A DNA stretch of 64,000 nt from Octopus bimaculoides (lineage: Eukaryota), in the NCBI RefSeq assembly GCF_001194135.2, contig NC_068987.1, forward strand, positions 100,581,371 to 100,645,370. The letters are read 5' to 3'. This document shows, in pieces, positions 63,513-64,000 of the stretch (the stretch's first letter is position 1; every line of letters begins with the position of its first letter). A program made the position numbers and the translations under genes. The notes below the pieces were generated by a model. That model did not search any database, was not told the DNA's origin, and was given only the letters and a program-made list of their open reading frames with translations.

Positions 63513-63800
63513 TAAATTAAAATTCGCAGCTTATATTGCTGAGTATGATGGAAAGTGTCAGGTGTCCACAGCCAGCAGACTAAGGTGAGACTTGTTTTAC
63601 TGGCGAAGCTTCAAGAACCCTGCGAAGAATTCTTACAGTTCCAAGCAATGTTGATTTTTGTAGGTGTTCTACCTTCACACGTGCACCAATATTTCCCAGT
63701 TATATTAATAGTTGAGTGCTGATACTTCCAAGTACACCAATTACTATTGGTATCACGTCTACTCTCTTCATTGACTTCGTATCTCCCACTTTATATCGTC
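63510..63800 (-). mobile_element. R4/Dong-like RLE LINE 3' end (subfamily C)
   Basis: Reverse complement encodes VDVIPIVIGVLGSIS...KVEHLQKSTLLGTVRILRRVLEAS; its 3' UTR runs into (AAT)n at ~63510-63480. Confidence 0.8.
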
Positions 63801-63830
63801 ACAGTTGTTTGTTTCTTCTTCTTCTTCTTC

Positions 63831-63868
<38 letters not shown>

Positions 63869-64000
63869 TTATGTTTGACTTTTGTTTTGCATTTGTACAA
63901 GTTGGATCCAAGTCTCACCCAGAGACCTCAAGAGACAACAAGTTAGAAGTTCATGTAGGTGTTATGCCTAGGGTACCATATATTTGGATTTGTACAGTTT
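63869..64000 (-). mobile_element. 3' UTR of a further (AAT)n-tailed retroelement (subfamily D), cut by window edge
   Basis: Reverse complement ...GAGGTCTCTGGGTGAGACTTGGATCC...CAAAAGTCAAAC followed by (AAT)n; carries a stem-loop like that of subfamily B. Confidence 0.55.

Overview
This is eukaryotic, AT-rich, non-genic (intergenic or very long intron) DNA from a gappy draft assembly. It has 14 N-gaps totalling about 6.5 kb, mostly bordered by (TA)n or other microsatellites. The repeat complement looks like a coleoid cephalopod, most likely Octopus; this is an inference from repeat style, not a database result. No intact host protein-coding gene is supportable, and the long ORFs in the track are gap or microsatellite artefacts. 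Recognisable content: (1) many decayed R4/Dong-like RLE non-LTR retroelements of several subfamilies, nearly all starting or ending in (TAA)n tracts; (2) a Tx1/L1-like LINE relic plus RTE, CR1 and Penelope RT fragments; (3) five mariner transposase relics; (4) tRNA-headed SINEs and a recurring ~190-bp headless module; (5) abundant simple and compound microsatellites. The most notable unexplained structures are a ~2.5-kb foldback-like element with ~600-830-bp inverted arms (42.6-45.1 kb), a tRNA-head/(AAT)n SINE carrying a minimal hammerhead-ribozyme fold (2.1-2.5 kb) with related hammerhead-like motifs elsewhere, and a hairpin-dense segment with HDV-like ribozyme topology (39.56 kb).
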